From the NCBI RefSeq assembly GCF_963921235.1, contig NC_086107.1:110424001-110488000 (forward strand): a stretch of DNA of 64,000 bases, given 5' to 3'. The notes under the pieces are model-generated. The model did no database searches, had not been told where the DNA came from, and saw only the letters and a program-made list of their open reading frames with translations. This stretch comes from Mobula hypostoma. Its lineage: Eukaryota. Both the position numbers and the translations under genes were made by a program. Positions 47,045-60,204 of the stretch are shown here, in pieces (position 1 is the stretch's first letter; the number at the start of each line of letters is the position of its first letter).

Positions 47045-47763
47045 TGGTTCCCTCTAAGATTTTTTACAGCTGTGTGGACCAACCATTGCTCTGAGCAGGA
47101 AATTTTTACACGGCCTGAAAACTGCACAGCACTTTAAATGTGTTTTTTTTTTGGTAATATGCACACTATGAATATTTAGAATGAAAATTTTAAAAATCAC
47201 ATACATTTAACTTTATTATAATGAAATACAGTACAACAAAGAAAATACATGAAACATTGCCATAGAAAAGCAGCATCCATCATCAAAGATCCTCACCACC
47301 CAGGCCATGCTCGTTTCTCACTGCTGCCATCAGGCAGAAGGTACAAGAGCCTTAGGACTCGCACCACCAGGTTCAAGAACAGTTACTACCTTCATACTCC
47401 TGAACAAAAGGGGAAAACTACACTCATTCCATTTCTGATGTTCCCACAACCAATGGTCTCATCTTTATCTTGTTATTTATTGCTATTTATTTATTTTTGC
47501 ATTTGCACAGTTTGTTATTCATTGATCCTGGTTACAGTTACTATTCTATAGATTTGCTGAGTATACCTGCAGGGAAAAAAAATCTCAAGAGTTGTATGTG
47601 GTGATATGTAATAGATTTTACTTTGAACTTTGAAAATCTTTCGTGTTTTGTAAACTTTTTCCCATCTGTCTTTATTCCATCTGCATGGCAACAAAGGCTA
47701 TGTGCGCGGGAGCATTTCAGTTACAGCACAGCCATGTACCTGTGCAGTTTAGAAGGAACAGTG
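47045..47763. mobile_element. Non-autonomous DNA transposon with a nested Rex1-type 3' end (about 47245-47635, plus)
   Basis: Imperfect inverted ends gttccctctaa / ttagaaggaac; the nested piece encodes LLPSGRRYKSLRTRTTRFKNSYY. Confidence 0.55.
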
Positions 47764-47789
47764 GTTGTAATATCTGTTATATAAATGCA

Positions 47790-48170
47790 GACACGACAGA
47801 GACTACAGATGCTGGAAATCTGCTGCAACACACACAAAATGCTGGAGGAACACAGCAGGCAAGGCAGCGTCTACGGAGGGAAATGAACTGTCGATGTTTC
47901 ATGCTGAAACCCTTCATCAGGACTGGAAAGAAAAGGGGCAGAGGCCAGGAGAAAAGGGTAGGGTGAGGGGGAAGAGAAGGAGCTCTCGGGTGATAGATGA
48001 TTCCAGATGAGGGGCAATGTAGGAAGATGGGGGAGGTGGGATGGAGAGGTGGGAATGATGTGAGAAGCTGGTAGATGATAAGTGGAAGAGGCAAAGGGCT
48101 GAAGAAGAAGGAATCTGATAGGAGACCATGCAATAAAGGGAAGGAAGTGGAGGACCAGAGGATTTATGGC
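47790..48170 (-). mobile_element. Penelope-like 3' end with hammerhead-like motif
   Basis: Minus strand reads cagtc CTGATGA agggtttcagcat GAAA catc gac at about 47889-47925. Confidence 0.72.
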
Positions 48171-48369
48171 GATGTCATTCAGCTTTATCATGTTGCCAAA
48201 GATTTAAACTCTTTACATATCCAAAGCAGAAAATAATCTGCCTCAGGCCATCCCAAGTCTTCCTTTACAAGTATAAAAATAATTCAATGGGACCCTTTTC
48301 AGAACGCAACAGGAGCCTTGAGAAATGTGCGGATGATTGTTTCTGTCCATTATATTATGCCTATAGACT

Positions 48370-49080
48370 AAGACCATAAAATCATAAGCTAAAGGAGCAG
48401 AATTAGGCTATTTGGCCCATCAAGTCTGCTCTTTCATTTCATCATGGACATTTAATTTACTCCCTCAGCCCCAATCTCCTACCTTCTTCCCATATCCCTT
48501 CAAGCCCTGACCAATCAAGAATCTATCAACCTCGGCCTTAAATATACATGCAGACTTGGCATCCACAGATGAGAAATTCTCTGTTCTAGAAGGATGCCCC
48601 TCTATTCTGAGGCTGTGTCCTCTGGTCCTAGACTCTCCCACCACAGGAAACATCCTCTCCACATCCACTCTATCAAGGCCTTTCACCATTCGGTAGGTTT
48701 CATTGAGGTCACTCCTAATTCTCCTGAATTCCAGTGAATGCAGGCCCAGAGCCATCAAATGCTCTTCATATGAAAAGCTATTCAAACCTGGAATCATTTT
48801 CGTGAACTTCCCTTGAATTGTCTCCAGTTTTAACACATCCTTTCTAAGATAAGGAGTCCAAACCTGCTCACAATACTCCAAGTGAGGCCTCACCAGTGCT
48901 TTATAAAGTTTCAACATTACATCCTTGCTTTTATATTCTAGTCCACTTGAAATGAATGCTAACATTGCATTTGCCTTCCTCACCACAGACTCAACCTGCA
49001 AATTAACCTTTAGGGAATCCTGCACTGGGACTCCCCAAGTCCCTTTGCATGTCAGTTTTTTGTGCTTTCTCTCCATTTAG
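48370..49080 (-). mobile_element. CR1 3' fragment
   Basis: ORF 48465-49076: KANAMLAFI...LVRPHLEYC. Confidence 0.9.
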
Positions 49081-49954
49081 TGAAATGAACTAGTGTATTT
49101 GCGGTGGCTGGGTAGGGGCTGCGGGACAGACAGGGTGACGGAGTTGAATTAACTTGCACAGCTGGTGCTGAGTCATCACCAATCTTGTGACTGTCACTTG
49201 GTCTTGAGGTCCACAATGAGCTGAGTCAGTAAATCCAGCAACTACCGGGAGAAGGTCAACACGCGCCATTGGAACTCAAAATGATGTGACTGTTGGCCTT
49301 GAAATCCAACCGGAACCGATGGTTTCCGGTGCCCCCAGTTTGGCTGTGTGCCACAAAACTGTCTATTTAACACTTGGCGACAGCTCTGCTCTTGACTGAC
49401 AGACGACCATGGTAGCACGATGCTATCACAACAGGGCATTGGAGTTCGGAGTTCAATTCTGTCGCTATCTATAAGGAGTCTGTACGTCCTCTCTGCGGAA
49501 TGCTTGGGTTTGCTCCGGGTGCTCTGGTTTTCTCCCACAGTCCGAAGACGTACCGGTTAGTAGGTTAACTGGTCCTGTGATTAGGCTAGGGTTAAATAGG
49601 CAGGTTGCTGAGTGGTGCAACTTGTTGGGCTGGACGGGACCGTTCCTCATTGTATCTCTAAATAAAATAAATAAGGATAATGACAGAGCCTGTTGTCCAT
49701 CTAGATTTGAGATGCCTGTGCTAATATTCTTCAAGTGTTAAATCGGGGTTTGCTGGGACAGCACAGCCCGAACAGCCAGAAGGGCCTGATCGACGCTGTA
49801 TCTCAATGAGAAAATAAGATCTGCAGGTTGTGGTAAACAACAGCCTTGTGCACCACAGGCTCACCACTTCCTCTCGTCCTGTCCATCTTCAGAGTGTGTT
49901 GCTTCGGGAAAGCTAAATCTTCAGGGATCAAGGATCAACTTTCTTCACGAGACA

Positions 49955-50452
49955 CACTCAATGGTCACTTTACTGGGTACAGGAGTGGTCTTCTGTTGCT
50001 GTACTCCAACCGCTTCAAGGTTCAATGTGAGATGCCATTCTGCACACCACTGTTGGTTATTTGCGTTACTGTTGCCTTCCTGTCAGCTGAACCAGTCTGG
50101 CCATTCTCCTCTGATCTCTCTCATTACCTGGGCCTTTTCGCCCACAGAACTGCTGCTCACTGGATGTTTTTGTTTTTCACACCATTCTCTGTAAACTCCA
50201 GAGACCATTCTGTATGAAAACTCCAGGAGATCAGCAGTCTCTGAGATACTCAAACCACCCCATCTGGCACCAACAATCATTCCACAATCAAAGTCACTTA
50301 GATCACATTTCCTCCCATTATGATATTTAGTCTGAATAAAACTGAACCTCTTGACCATGTCTGCGTGCTTTTATACACTGAGTTGCTGCCACACGATTGG
50401 CTGATCAGGTATTTGCATTAACAAGCAGGCACACAGATGTACCTAATAAAGT
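49955..50452 (-). mobile_element. Tc1-derived non-autonomous element
   Basis: Same HTH peptide and termini as 54422-54970. Confidence 0.78.
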
Positions 50453-50989
50453 TCTCTCCCCCCCCCTCTCCATAGTACCCTGGTGTACATTGCAATAAAC
50501 TAATCTAACGGACATTCTTTTATTAAGATAAAGATCAGCTTTATTTGTCACATACACAGCGAAACACACAGTGAAATGCATCTTTAGCATCAAACCAAAT
50601 CAGCGAGGATCGTGCCGGGGGGAGCCCATAAGTATCGCCAAGTTTCTGGCATCAACATAGCGCGACCACAGCTCACTAACCCTAACCTGTAGGTCTTTGG
50701 ACTGTGTGAGGAAACCCATGCGGCCACGGGGAGAACGTACAAAGTCCTTACAGACAGCAGTGGGAATTGAACCCTGATCGCTGGCACTGAAACGTGATGC
50801 GCTAACCGTTATGCCACTGTGCTGTTCTACCGGACACCATCCTTTCAGTTCTCCCCATCGCTAGCATCCCGCTCTGTTCTCCCTCATTTCAATCCAGATT
50901 CTCCTTGAATGCGCCTGCCCATTTGTCCTTCATTTGCCACTTCCCTATCAGAGTTACCATTTTATATTCTATTCTGGGTTATTAGCATG

Positions 50990-51446
50990 GCTGACGATCA
51001 TGCCATCAGTGAGAGCTTTTAAAGTGACAACTGGTGCCAATCCACTCTCTTGACCTCAGAAGTCCGGGTCCAGTGGTACGAACAAGGGTCACAAACTGGG
51101 TGGGGTCTTCCTTGGTGTCCATGGATGACTGTGACATCTTCTAATCCTTGTCTCCATGGAGCATTGCAGAGCCAACTATCTGGCCATTGGATCTCCCCAC
51201 AGACCTCAACCGCCCAGTCTGCCGGAGATGACTTCCCATGCTAGGACAGGCATGTCCCTATCTCACCGGGGTACGAGGCTGGCAGTTACCCTCACCTGGC
51301 TTAGACTGCTTGACGAAGTGCCGTACCAGGGCGCGGCCGCTGTTGGGTGCAACAGCTACTTGGAGCCACCGGTGAGAGTTGAGCGTCCAGCGGGGACCAA
51401 AGGTGAGTGAGCTGCCCCAGAATGGACCTGACAAGCCTCTTCCACA
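50990..51446 (-). mobile_element. Diverged, 5'-truncated copy of the 6167-6726 family
   Basis: The reverse complement shares cacctttggtcccc, ggctcc..gtagctgtt, ccaggtgagggta and ggtgagataggga. Confidence 0.8.
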
Positions 51447-51769
51447 CGAGACAATTTACAGTGACCGCTACATCATTGGAATGTGTGAGAAAACCCACGT
51501 ACACAGGGAAGAATGTATGCACTTTCTTACAGAGGACACCAGAATTGAACTCTGAACCCTGACGCCCTCAACTGTAACATCACGCTAACCATTATGCCCC
51601 CTAGTCTACAAATGTACCTACCATCGTTGAGGCAAGATGCTAGGACAATGGCTTTGATGACTTTCTGGAAGCTACTGAGGTAGGTCTGAAACAGAAGGAA
51701 GACAAAATGAGAACCAAGTCGAGATGTGGATCTGAGAGAAGATACTCAATAGACTTCACTTACATTGCA

Positions 51770-51965
51770 TGGCTACTGATCTCGGGATTTCCCAAAGCGC
51801 TTTCCAGTCAATAGTCTCTTGTAGCAGTTGTAATGGTGCTGAGCAAGGCTTCAGAAACAATTGAGAACAGTCGGATAATCTGGTCGTAAAAAGATTATCT
51901 CAGGGATAAATATTGGCCAGGTTAACAGGGATCTGCGGTGAGATCATGTTTTTAATCCAACTGAA
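51770..51965 (-). mobile_element. Ancient Deu-domain SINE remnant (SacSINE1/AmnSINE1 group)
   Basis: tcccaaagcgcttt...gataatctg...agggataaatattggccagg match the Deu core in reverse, as recalled from memory. Confidence 0.6.
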
Positions 51966-52552
51966 AGGAATTTATCAACTTGTTTAAAAGATATCTTTTG
52001 GACAGGTACATGAATAGAAATGGTGCATCTTGGTAGTGTAGTGTTAGTAAGTCCGTAAGACCTAGGATTAGAATTAGGCCACTCAGCCCATCGAGTCTGC
52101 TCTACCATTCTGTCATGGCTGATTTATTATTCCTCTCAACCCCATTCCCCTGCTTTCTCTATGTACTCTTTGACACCCTCACTAACCAACCAAGTAACCC
52201 AGGTTCAATTCTGCTGCTGTCTCTAAGAGGATCTTGTACGTTCTCTCTGTGACTGTGTGGGTTTCCTCCGGGGGCTCTAACTTCCTGCCACATTCCAAAG
52301 ATCAATGGATTCGTAGGTTGGTTGGCTACATGGGTGTAATTGGAGTCGCCTATCAACTATGAAAATTAGAGAGAAGGGTCTTAGAGCTATGCAAGTGAAA
52401 CCTTCTTTCAAAAAAGAGATTGAAGCCACACACATTGCTTCAGGAGATGCAAACAACTGTAGATGCTAGAAATTGAATTAACACACAAAGTGCTGGGGGA
52501 GCATACTAGGTAAGGCAGCATGTATGGAAGCTGTTACTTCCATTGATCAATG

Positions 52553-53308
52553 TGTCACTACCACAGATTCGGCAGCGCAGCAGATATGGCAACTGCACTC
52601 ATGTATATGCACGTGTCAGCTAATTATTGTTTCATTGTGACGGTATTTAACTCCCTTCTTTTCATCGTAACGCCTGTCGAGATTTGAGCAAAGCACAGCA
52701 ACGTTTCGTTGTCTGCTTGCATTTGGCCTCGCCTGAGAAATTGGACTGTCAAGTCAACTGATTCTGAAGACTAGCAGTATTCATTTTATATTTAGTTATT
52801 CATTTCAGCCGCAGTATTGGCTTCGTTTTCCATTTGAGAGTTTTAGTTAACGATTCTGTTGGACGTAGTATTTATTGTTTTCTTTTCCCTCTAACTCTGT
52901 TCGTATTAAAATCTGTGAACTATCGACGTGCTTCATAGAACATAGAACATAGAATAGTACCGCACATTACAGGCCCTCCGGCCCACAATGTTGTGCCCAC
53001 CCTCAAACCTTGCCTCCCATATAACCCCCCACCTTAAATTCCTCCATATACCTGTCTAGTAGCCTCTTAAACTTCACGAGTGTATCTGCCTCCACCACTG
53101 ACTCAGGCAGTGCATTCCACGCACCAACCACTCTCTGAGTAAAAAAACCTTCCTCTAATATTGCCCTTGAACTTCCCACCCCTTACCTTAAAGCCATGTC
53201 CTCTTGTATTGAGCAGTGGTGCCCTGGGGAAGAGGTGCTGGCTATCCACTCTATCTATTCTTCAGTGTCTCTCACTCCGCACTTGGGCCATATCCGAACG
53301 CGGTGACA
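52553..53308 (+). mobile_element. Solo LTR (about 430 bp net) interrupted by a young CR1 3' end at 52936-53259
   Basis: TGTCAC...GTGACA termini; 5-bp TSD caatg at 52548-52552 and 53309-53313; the inner insertion is flanked by cttca duplicates. Confidence 0.85.
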
Positions 53309-53645
53309 CAATGGATTCCATCTGTGGATTCCTCCATCGATGGAGGAAAATGGACCATTGACCCTTTTGGTCACAACCCTTCCTTCAGTCCTGATGAAGG
53401 GTCTCGGCCTGAAGTGTGGAATATCCATTTCTCTCCATGGATGCTGCCTGATCCACTGAGTTTCCCTGGCTTTTTGTGTGTTGCTCCACATTGCCTCAGG
53501 AAAGCTGTCAATATCTCAGAATAACTTCACTTCACCTGAGCTCCACAGACCATCGACCAATTTGCCTTTCAAATTGTTTGCTATATCTGCAAATTAACTT
53601 CTGCCTTCTGCACAAGTTCCTTCTGGGCTGCAACCTTTACTTGTT

Positions 53646-54205
53646 AGACCATAAGACATAAGAGCAGGATAAGGTTGTTTGGCCCATCGAGTCTGTTCCT
53701 CCATTCTATTACAGCTCATTTATCACCCTCTAAACTCCATTTCCTGCCTTCTCTCCATAACCTTACTAATAAATAACCTTTAATCATAGCCAATGACTTG
53801 GCCTCCACAGCCGTCTGTGGCAATGAATTCACAGATTTTCCACGCTCTGGCTAAAGAAATTCCTCCTCATCTCTGTTCTAAATGGACATCTTTCTATTCT
53901 GAGGCTGTGTCCTCTGGTCCTAAACTCCCCCATTAAAGGAAACATCCTCTCCATATCCACTCTTATCTAGGCCAGTCAATATTCAATAGGCTTCAATGAG
54001 ATCCCCCACTCTTCTTCTACTCTCCAGTGAGTACAGGCCCAGAGCTACCAAACACTGCTCATACATTAACCCTTTCATTCCCAGGATAATTCTTGTGAAC
54101 ATCCTCTGGACCCCCTCCAATGCTAGCACACCCTTTCTTCAAATAAGGGGTCCAAAACTACTCACCATACTCCAAGTGCAGTCTGACCAGTGCCTTATAA
54201 AGCTT
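53646..54205 (-). mobile_element. CR1 3' fragment
   Basis: Homologous to 23757-24356 and 48370-49080. Confidence 0.85.
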
Positions 54206-54421
54206 CACCCCTCATTTCTAAAAATGTTCTGTTTTTCTATTCTTCCTTTCAGCTTCACAGCCTCACTTTCCCCACACTCTACTGGAACCACGTTGTCGAA
54301 TGGTCTACCCTGTTCATATTGCAGAGGGTTGAAGCTGGGAATAGGGTTAACTTTAGCTCTGAACTTGGTATCATCAGCAGACTTGCACACATTCCACTCT
54401 GTCTTGTCACTTAACTCTGTA

Positions 54422-54970
54422 CACTCAGTGGCCACTTTATTAGGTATACCAGTACACCTGCTCCTTAATGCAAATATCTTATCAGCCAATCACGTGGCAG
54501 CAACTCAATGCATAAAAGCATGCAGACATGGTCCAGAGGTTCAGTTGTTGTTCAGACCAAACATCATCATGGGGAACAAATGTGGTCTAAGCAACTTTGA
54601 CTGTGGAATGATTGTTGGTGCCAGACAGGGTGGTTTGAGTATCTCAGAAACTGCTGATCTCCAGGGATTTTCACGCACAACAGTATATAGAGTTTACAGA
54701 GAACGGTGCAGAAAGCAAAACAAAAAAAAAATTCCTTGAGCAGCAGTTCTATGGGTGAAATGCCTTGTTAATCAGAGAGGTCAGAGGTCAAAGGCCAAGC
54801 TGACAGGAAGTAGCTCAAATAACCAACAGCAGTGTGCAGGAGAGCATCTCTGAACGCACAACACATCGAACCTTGAAGTGGATGGGCTACAGCAGCAGAA
54901 GACCACAAGCATACACTCGGTGGCCACTTTATTCGGTAAACTCCTTGTCCTAGTAGAGTGGCCATGAGTG
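54422..54970 (+). mobile_element. Complete Tc1-derived non-autonomous element
   Basis: TA|cactcagtggccactttattag ... ctagtagagtggccatgagtg|TA; internal HTH peptide GMIVGARQGGLSISETADL..FSRTTVYRVYRE. Confidence 0.85.
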
Positions 54971-55665
54971 TACTGCTGGTAACCTGGTGATGAAAAGGAG
55001 CAGGTTATCTGAAGATGATCTACCTATTCCAGTTTCCGCCCAACCAGTTCCCTATCTTTACTCATGTAGTACCCCTGTTATACCTTAATCAGATTCATGG
55101 GCATGCCTCCTTCATTAATATAAAGGCTCGGGAGAGGATGTACATCTTGCGGCAGTTGGTAAACTTCCGTCTTCCCCAGAACGTACTGGTGCAATTCTCC
55201 ACTGCCTCCTTACATCAGCCGTCACTGTCTGGTTTGGTGCAGCAACCTCTCACAATATACAAAAACGACAGCGAACCGTCAGGTCAGCAGCAAAGGTCAG
55301 TGGGTGCAGTCTCTGCAGAACTTGTATGTATCCAGGACGAAGAAGAGGGCAGGAAAAATCACTGCGGACGCTCCCCACTCTACAAACTGACTTTTCCAAA
55401 AACTCCCTTCTGGAAAATGCAGTAATGCTATTAAAACAAAAACTTCATGCCATTTTAAAACAGACAGTTAATCTGATCTACTTAGAGGGGTGCGGGGCAA
55501 GCTATCTATCACTCCAGTCACCACTCTGCCCTGTAAACACTTTAAACCCACTTTTTATAACACTTTTTACATTGTAAGTACGTGCTAGCATTTCTGTATT
55601 TCTGCACGTTTTATTCCATATTCATACTTTAACTTTTAACTCTACTTTATATAATCCTTTATAAT

Positions 55666-56556
55666 TTGGATTTTCTCCAAACATACCTTTGCTCATTGCG
55701 GCCAAAAAATTCTATTTTAACTTCATCAGCCCACAAGACTTGTTTCCAAAATGCAAGAGGCTTGTTTAGATGTTCCGTTGAACCTTTTGAATAGGACTTT
55801 TTGGCCGCAATGAGTATGTTTGGAGAAAAAAGGGTGCAGAATTTCATGAAAAGAGCCCCTCTCCAACTGTTAAGCATGAGGGTGGATCGATCATGCTTTG
55901 GGCTTGTGTTGCAGCCAGTGGCACGGGGAACATTTACTGGTAGAGGGAAGAATGAATTCAATTAAATACCAGCAAATTCTGGAAGCAAACATCACACCGT
56001 CTGTAAAAAAGCCGAAGGTGAGAAGAGGATGGCTTCCACAACAGGATAATGAACCTAAACACACCTCAAAATCTACAACGGACTACCTCAAGAGGTGCAA
56101 GCTGAATGTTTTGCCATGGCCCTCACAGTCCCCCGACCTAAACATCATCGAAAATCTGTGGATAGACCTCAAAAGAGCACTGCAAGCAAGACAGCCCAAT
56201 AATCTTACAGAACCAGAAGCCTTTTGCAAGGAAGAATTGGCGAAAATCCCCCAAACAAGAATCGAAAGACTCTTAGCTGGCTGCAGAGAGCGTTTACAAG
56301 CTGTGATACTTGCCAAAGGGGGTGTTACTAGGTACTGACCATGCAGGGTGCCCAAATTTTGCTTCGGGCCCTTTTCCATTTTTGTTATTTTGAAACTGTA
56401 AAAGGTGGAAATAAAAAAGTTTTCTTGCTTAAAATATTAAAGAAATGTGTCATCTTTAACTTTATGCCTTTTGGAAATCAGTTCATCTTTTACTCGCTTA
56501 GCTATTCACAGTAACAGAAATTTTGACCGGGGTGCCCAAACTTTTGCATGCCACTG
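55666..56556 (+). mobile_element. Tc1-like transposon 3' half (DD34E-type) with IR/DR right end and an inverted upstream piece
   Basis: QQDNEPKH and WPSQSPDLNIIENLW; direct repeats gggtgcccaaa at about 56346 and 56530; terminus gcatgccactg; WADE on the minus strand at 55666-55790. Confidence 0.9.
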
Positions 56557-56819
56557 CATGTCTTGAAATTTGTTGTTTTGCAGCAGCGGTACAGTGTAAC
56601 ACAGAAAAAGTTACTATAAGTTCCAATAAATGATAATAAATAGTGCAACAAAGAGCTAAATAGTGAGGTAGTGTTCATGGGTTCATGGACCATTCAGAAA
56701 TCTGATGATAGAGGGGAAGAAGCTGTTCCTAAGACACTGAGTGTGTTTCCTTGAGTTTCTGTACCTTCTTCCTGTTAAAAAGATCAAAGATCAAAATCAA
56801 AGTACATTTATTATGTACT

Positions 56820-57127
56820 GAGAGAGAGAGAGCGAGAGAGCGAGAGAGAGAGAGTGAGAGAGAGAGAGAGAGAGAGCAAGAGAGAGAGAGAGAGCGAGAG
56901 AGAGCGAGAGAGCGAGAGAGAGAGTGAGAGAGCGAGAGAGAGAGAGAGTGAGAGAGCGAGAGAGAGAGAGAGAGTGAGAGAGAGAGAGAGAGCAAGAGAG
57001 AGAGAGAGAGAGCGAGAGAGAGCGAGAGAGCGAGAGAGAGAGTGAGAGAGCGAGAGAGAGAGAGAGTGAGAGAGCGAGAGAGAGCAAGAGAGTGAGAGAG
57101 AGAGAGAGTGAGAGAGCGAGAGAGGGA

Positions 57128-57168
<41 letters not shown>

Positions 57169-57176
57169 CGAGAGAG

Positions 57177-57218
<42 letters not shown>
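56820..57218. repeat. About 400-bp compound (GA)n microsatellite with GC/GT interruptions
   Basis: Direct reading. Confidence 0.97.
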
Positions 57219-57219
<1 letters not shown>

Positions 57220-57836
57220 TCATGGGTTCATGCCTCACCTCCATGCTTCTTGGTCTCGAGGCCACATGCTTTGCTCAAAACCTCACCGAACCCCCTCAGA
57301 GAGCGTGGTAAAAAGCAAGGAGAATAAGTTACATATTTGTGCTTTGCTCATCGCAGATTGTAGTAGATGGGGACCGACGGAGGTCATATGTTTTGTTGAC
57401 TGCTCAATTACGCTTAGCTTACACTTGGGTATGCTTAAATTTCATTGGTTGATGATTGTATGTCTGCTCATTCCTAATAAAGGATTGAATACATATCCTC
57501 AGTCTCTGGAGCAACATTATTGGAGTGAAGGCGCGTCATGAAAGTGTAACAATCCGTAGGGTTGTCGGCAGCGGCAGTTGTTTTGGCTTAGTTTGTCCGC
57601 GACACTTATTTCTATGTGACTCCAGTCCATCAATGGTCACTCACACCTGGCGATCACTGGCGCAGAAAAGTGTCGCGCTAACCTCTACGCTACCACGCCA
57701 TCCCAAGGGTGCTTTGCTTTTCAACCATCTTTAATTTGCCAAAAACACAGCATGACCTGCTTCAACACCCTTCTAACGTGTCCTAGCTATTTTTCGACAG
57801 CTTACTTATACCTTTCTGTAGTGTTCTTGTGTAGTG

Positions 57837-58460
57837 TGTTGAAACTCTGACTAAACACCAAGTTAAACCGGAGTCAATGAAGACAGAGTCGTAGTAAGGC
57901 TAACCATTTACTGTTCACTCTTCCACATTAACATCGTATGGTGAAAACTATTGATAAAAAAATACAAACATATACAGCGTCTGTTTCATTTTGGAGACCA
58001 CGCGCGCTCTCTTCTTTTAGCGAGTGTCTCCAGCCGTCCCGAGTAGCGGGCGAGGGGGGGGGGTCCCGTCAAACCGCCATCGAGTTTGAGCCGACCCCGC
58101 GTTTGAAATTGAAAAGCCGGCATGTAGGCCACCCCAGCCGCCGCTTCCTTAACAGAAACTGCGTTAATATTTTTACTTCAAATACATTCTTAAGAACTTA
58201 CAGCGTTGCTTCTATAATGTTTCTTCGTGGGTAGAAATGGAGCTCTTCACGATCATGCCGCACGCATGGCGCCCACCTTCACACCTTCTCCGAACCAGAG
58301 GTTACACACAAGACGCGGCGAAACCGGAGGTGACGTCATCACTTGCTGCAATGTACCATGGACAATGAATTTACCTTTGTTATACTGTAACTTAATTATC
58401 AACCTTTAACTTTAACTAGAAAATAGTTACAAACAAATCATTTAAAGCGTAGACCCAACA
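57837..58460. mobile_element. Possible solo LTR or other young CpG-rich insertion
   Basis: TGTTG...CAACA termini and CpG-rich interior, but the flanks (tagtg / aggtc) do not form a TSD. Confidence 0.4.
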
Positions 58461-58489
58461 AGGTCAAATAAATGACTTAAGGGCAACAT

Positions 58490-59080
58490 ACTTTCTATAG
58501 GTGCACAGTGGAGATTATCCTCATTGGTTGCATCGTGGCCTAGTATGGAAACACGAATGCCCAGGATTGGAAATGTCTACAAAAAGTGTGGATACAGCCC
58601 AGTTCATCACAGGAAACACCCTCCCACCACAGAGAATAATTACCAGGAGTACTGCCACAAGAAAGCAGTGTTTATCATCAAGTAACCCACCATCCAAGCC
58701 ATGTTCTCTTCTCGCTCCTGCCGTCAGGAAGGAGGTACAGGAGCCCTAAGTCCCACGCCACCAGGTTCAGGAACAGTTATCACCCGTCAACAAGCAGGCT
58801 CTTGAACCAGTGTGGATAACTTCACACTTCAACACTGAACTGGATGCACAACCCGTGAACTCACATTCAAGGGTTCTACAACTTGTTCTCTGATTTATTT
58901 TTTTATCTAGTTTTAGTATTTGCAAGATTTGCCTTCTTTACACATTGGTTGTGTGTCAGTCTTTATGCATAATCCGTCATAAAATGTTCTGCATTTCTTT
59001 ATTTTCTTGTGAATGTCTGCAAGGAAAACGTATTTCAAGGTAGAATGTGGTGACAAACTGTACAGGTACTTTGATAATAA
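58490..59080 (+). mobile_element. Decayed Rex1/Babar-type LINE 3' part
   Basis: FYRCTVE.IL.GCI and LLPSGRRYRS-like peptides. Confidence 0.78.
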
Positions 59081-60204
59081 ATTTAAAATTCAAAGTACAT
59101 TTATTATTAAAGTATATATGCAGTATACAACCCTGAGATTCATCTTCCCCACAAAATGCCATCAAAGATAGAAAGAAAAACCATGGGACCCATTCAAAGA
59201 AAAACTTCAAATCCCCAAACCGCAAAAAAAAGAACAAATCATGCAAACAGCAAAAAAAAAACAAGTGAAATACACAGAATATAAAATACCAAACCACAAA
59301 GTCATTGACCAGTCCAGGCAGATCCAGTTCAGTTCAATCTAGCTCGGTGTCGTTCCTTAACCGATCAAAATAGCAGCAAAATAAAAGGAGTGACCAGAAA
59401 CTTAGTTTGGCTTTTTTGCTTTTCTGAACAGTGGTGTTTCATTTGCTGCCTTCCCATCCCCTCTGTGAACCTAGCCAGAAATCAGCAACTCTGCAGCCAT
59501 TCCCTTTAGAATCCTGCACTGTCATGTGGAAGGAATTCTTTATCTTTTACTTACCTTAATTGTTCCAGTGCTTCCTCTTTTCTAATTATTCATATTATTG
59601 ATTTTGATTCCTTCATCCGCTTCTCATTTGCTCCTGTTTCTTCCCCAACTTCTTGTGAAGATACATGGAAAATATTGAATTATTCAGTGTTATTTTCTTA
59701 TTTTTTCTGTTTTGATTTCTCTCCACTGTGCCCAATATCTGATCTTCTCCCTCCATCAATAGAGGGCACGTGGTGCAAGGAGAGATTAGACAAACTTGGG
59801 TGTTTTTCTCTGGAGCAGTGGAGGCCGAGGGGAGATCTGATAGAAGTTTAGAAGATAACCAGAGACATATGTAGAGTAGACAGACGGTATCTTTTTATCC
59901 TAAGGTTGAAATGTCTATTACCTGAGCGATTTAAGGCAGGTATTTAAGGTGTGGGGGGGGTGCGAAATTCAAAGGAGATGTGATGGGCAAATTGTTTTGG
60001 GTGCCTGGGGTGGGGGTGGTAGAGGCAGATACCATAGAGTGCTGTTAGACACAGTGGGCACAGGAATGTGTAGGAGATGGAAAATATGGACATTATGTAG
60101 GCAGAAAGGATTAGTTTAGTTGGCCATTTGGTTACTAAGTTCATTAGTTCGGCACAACATTGTGGGCTGAAGGGCCTGTTTCTGTGCTGTACTGTTCTAT
60201 ATTC

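Noticed and set aside
56729..57541. Long SL-rich and RE-rich ORFs
   Set aside because: Translations of the GA microsatellite.
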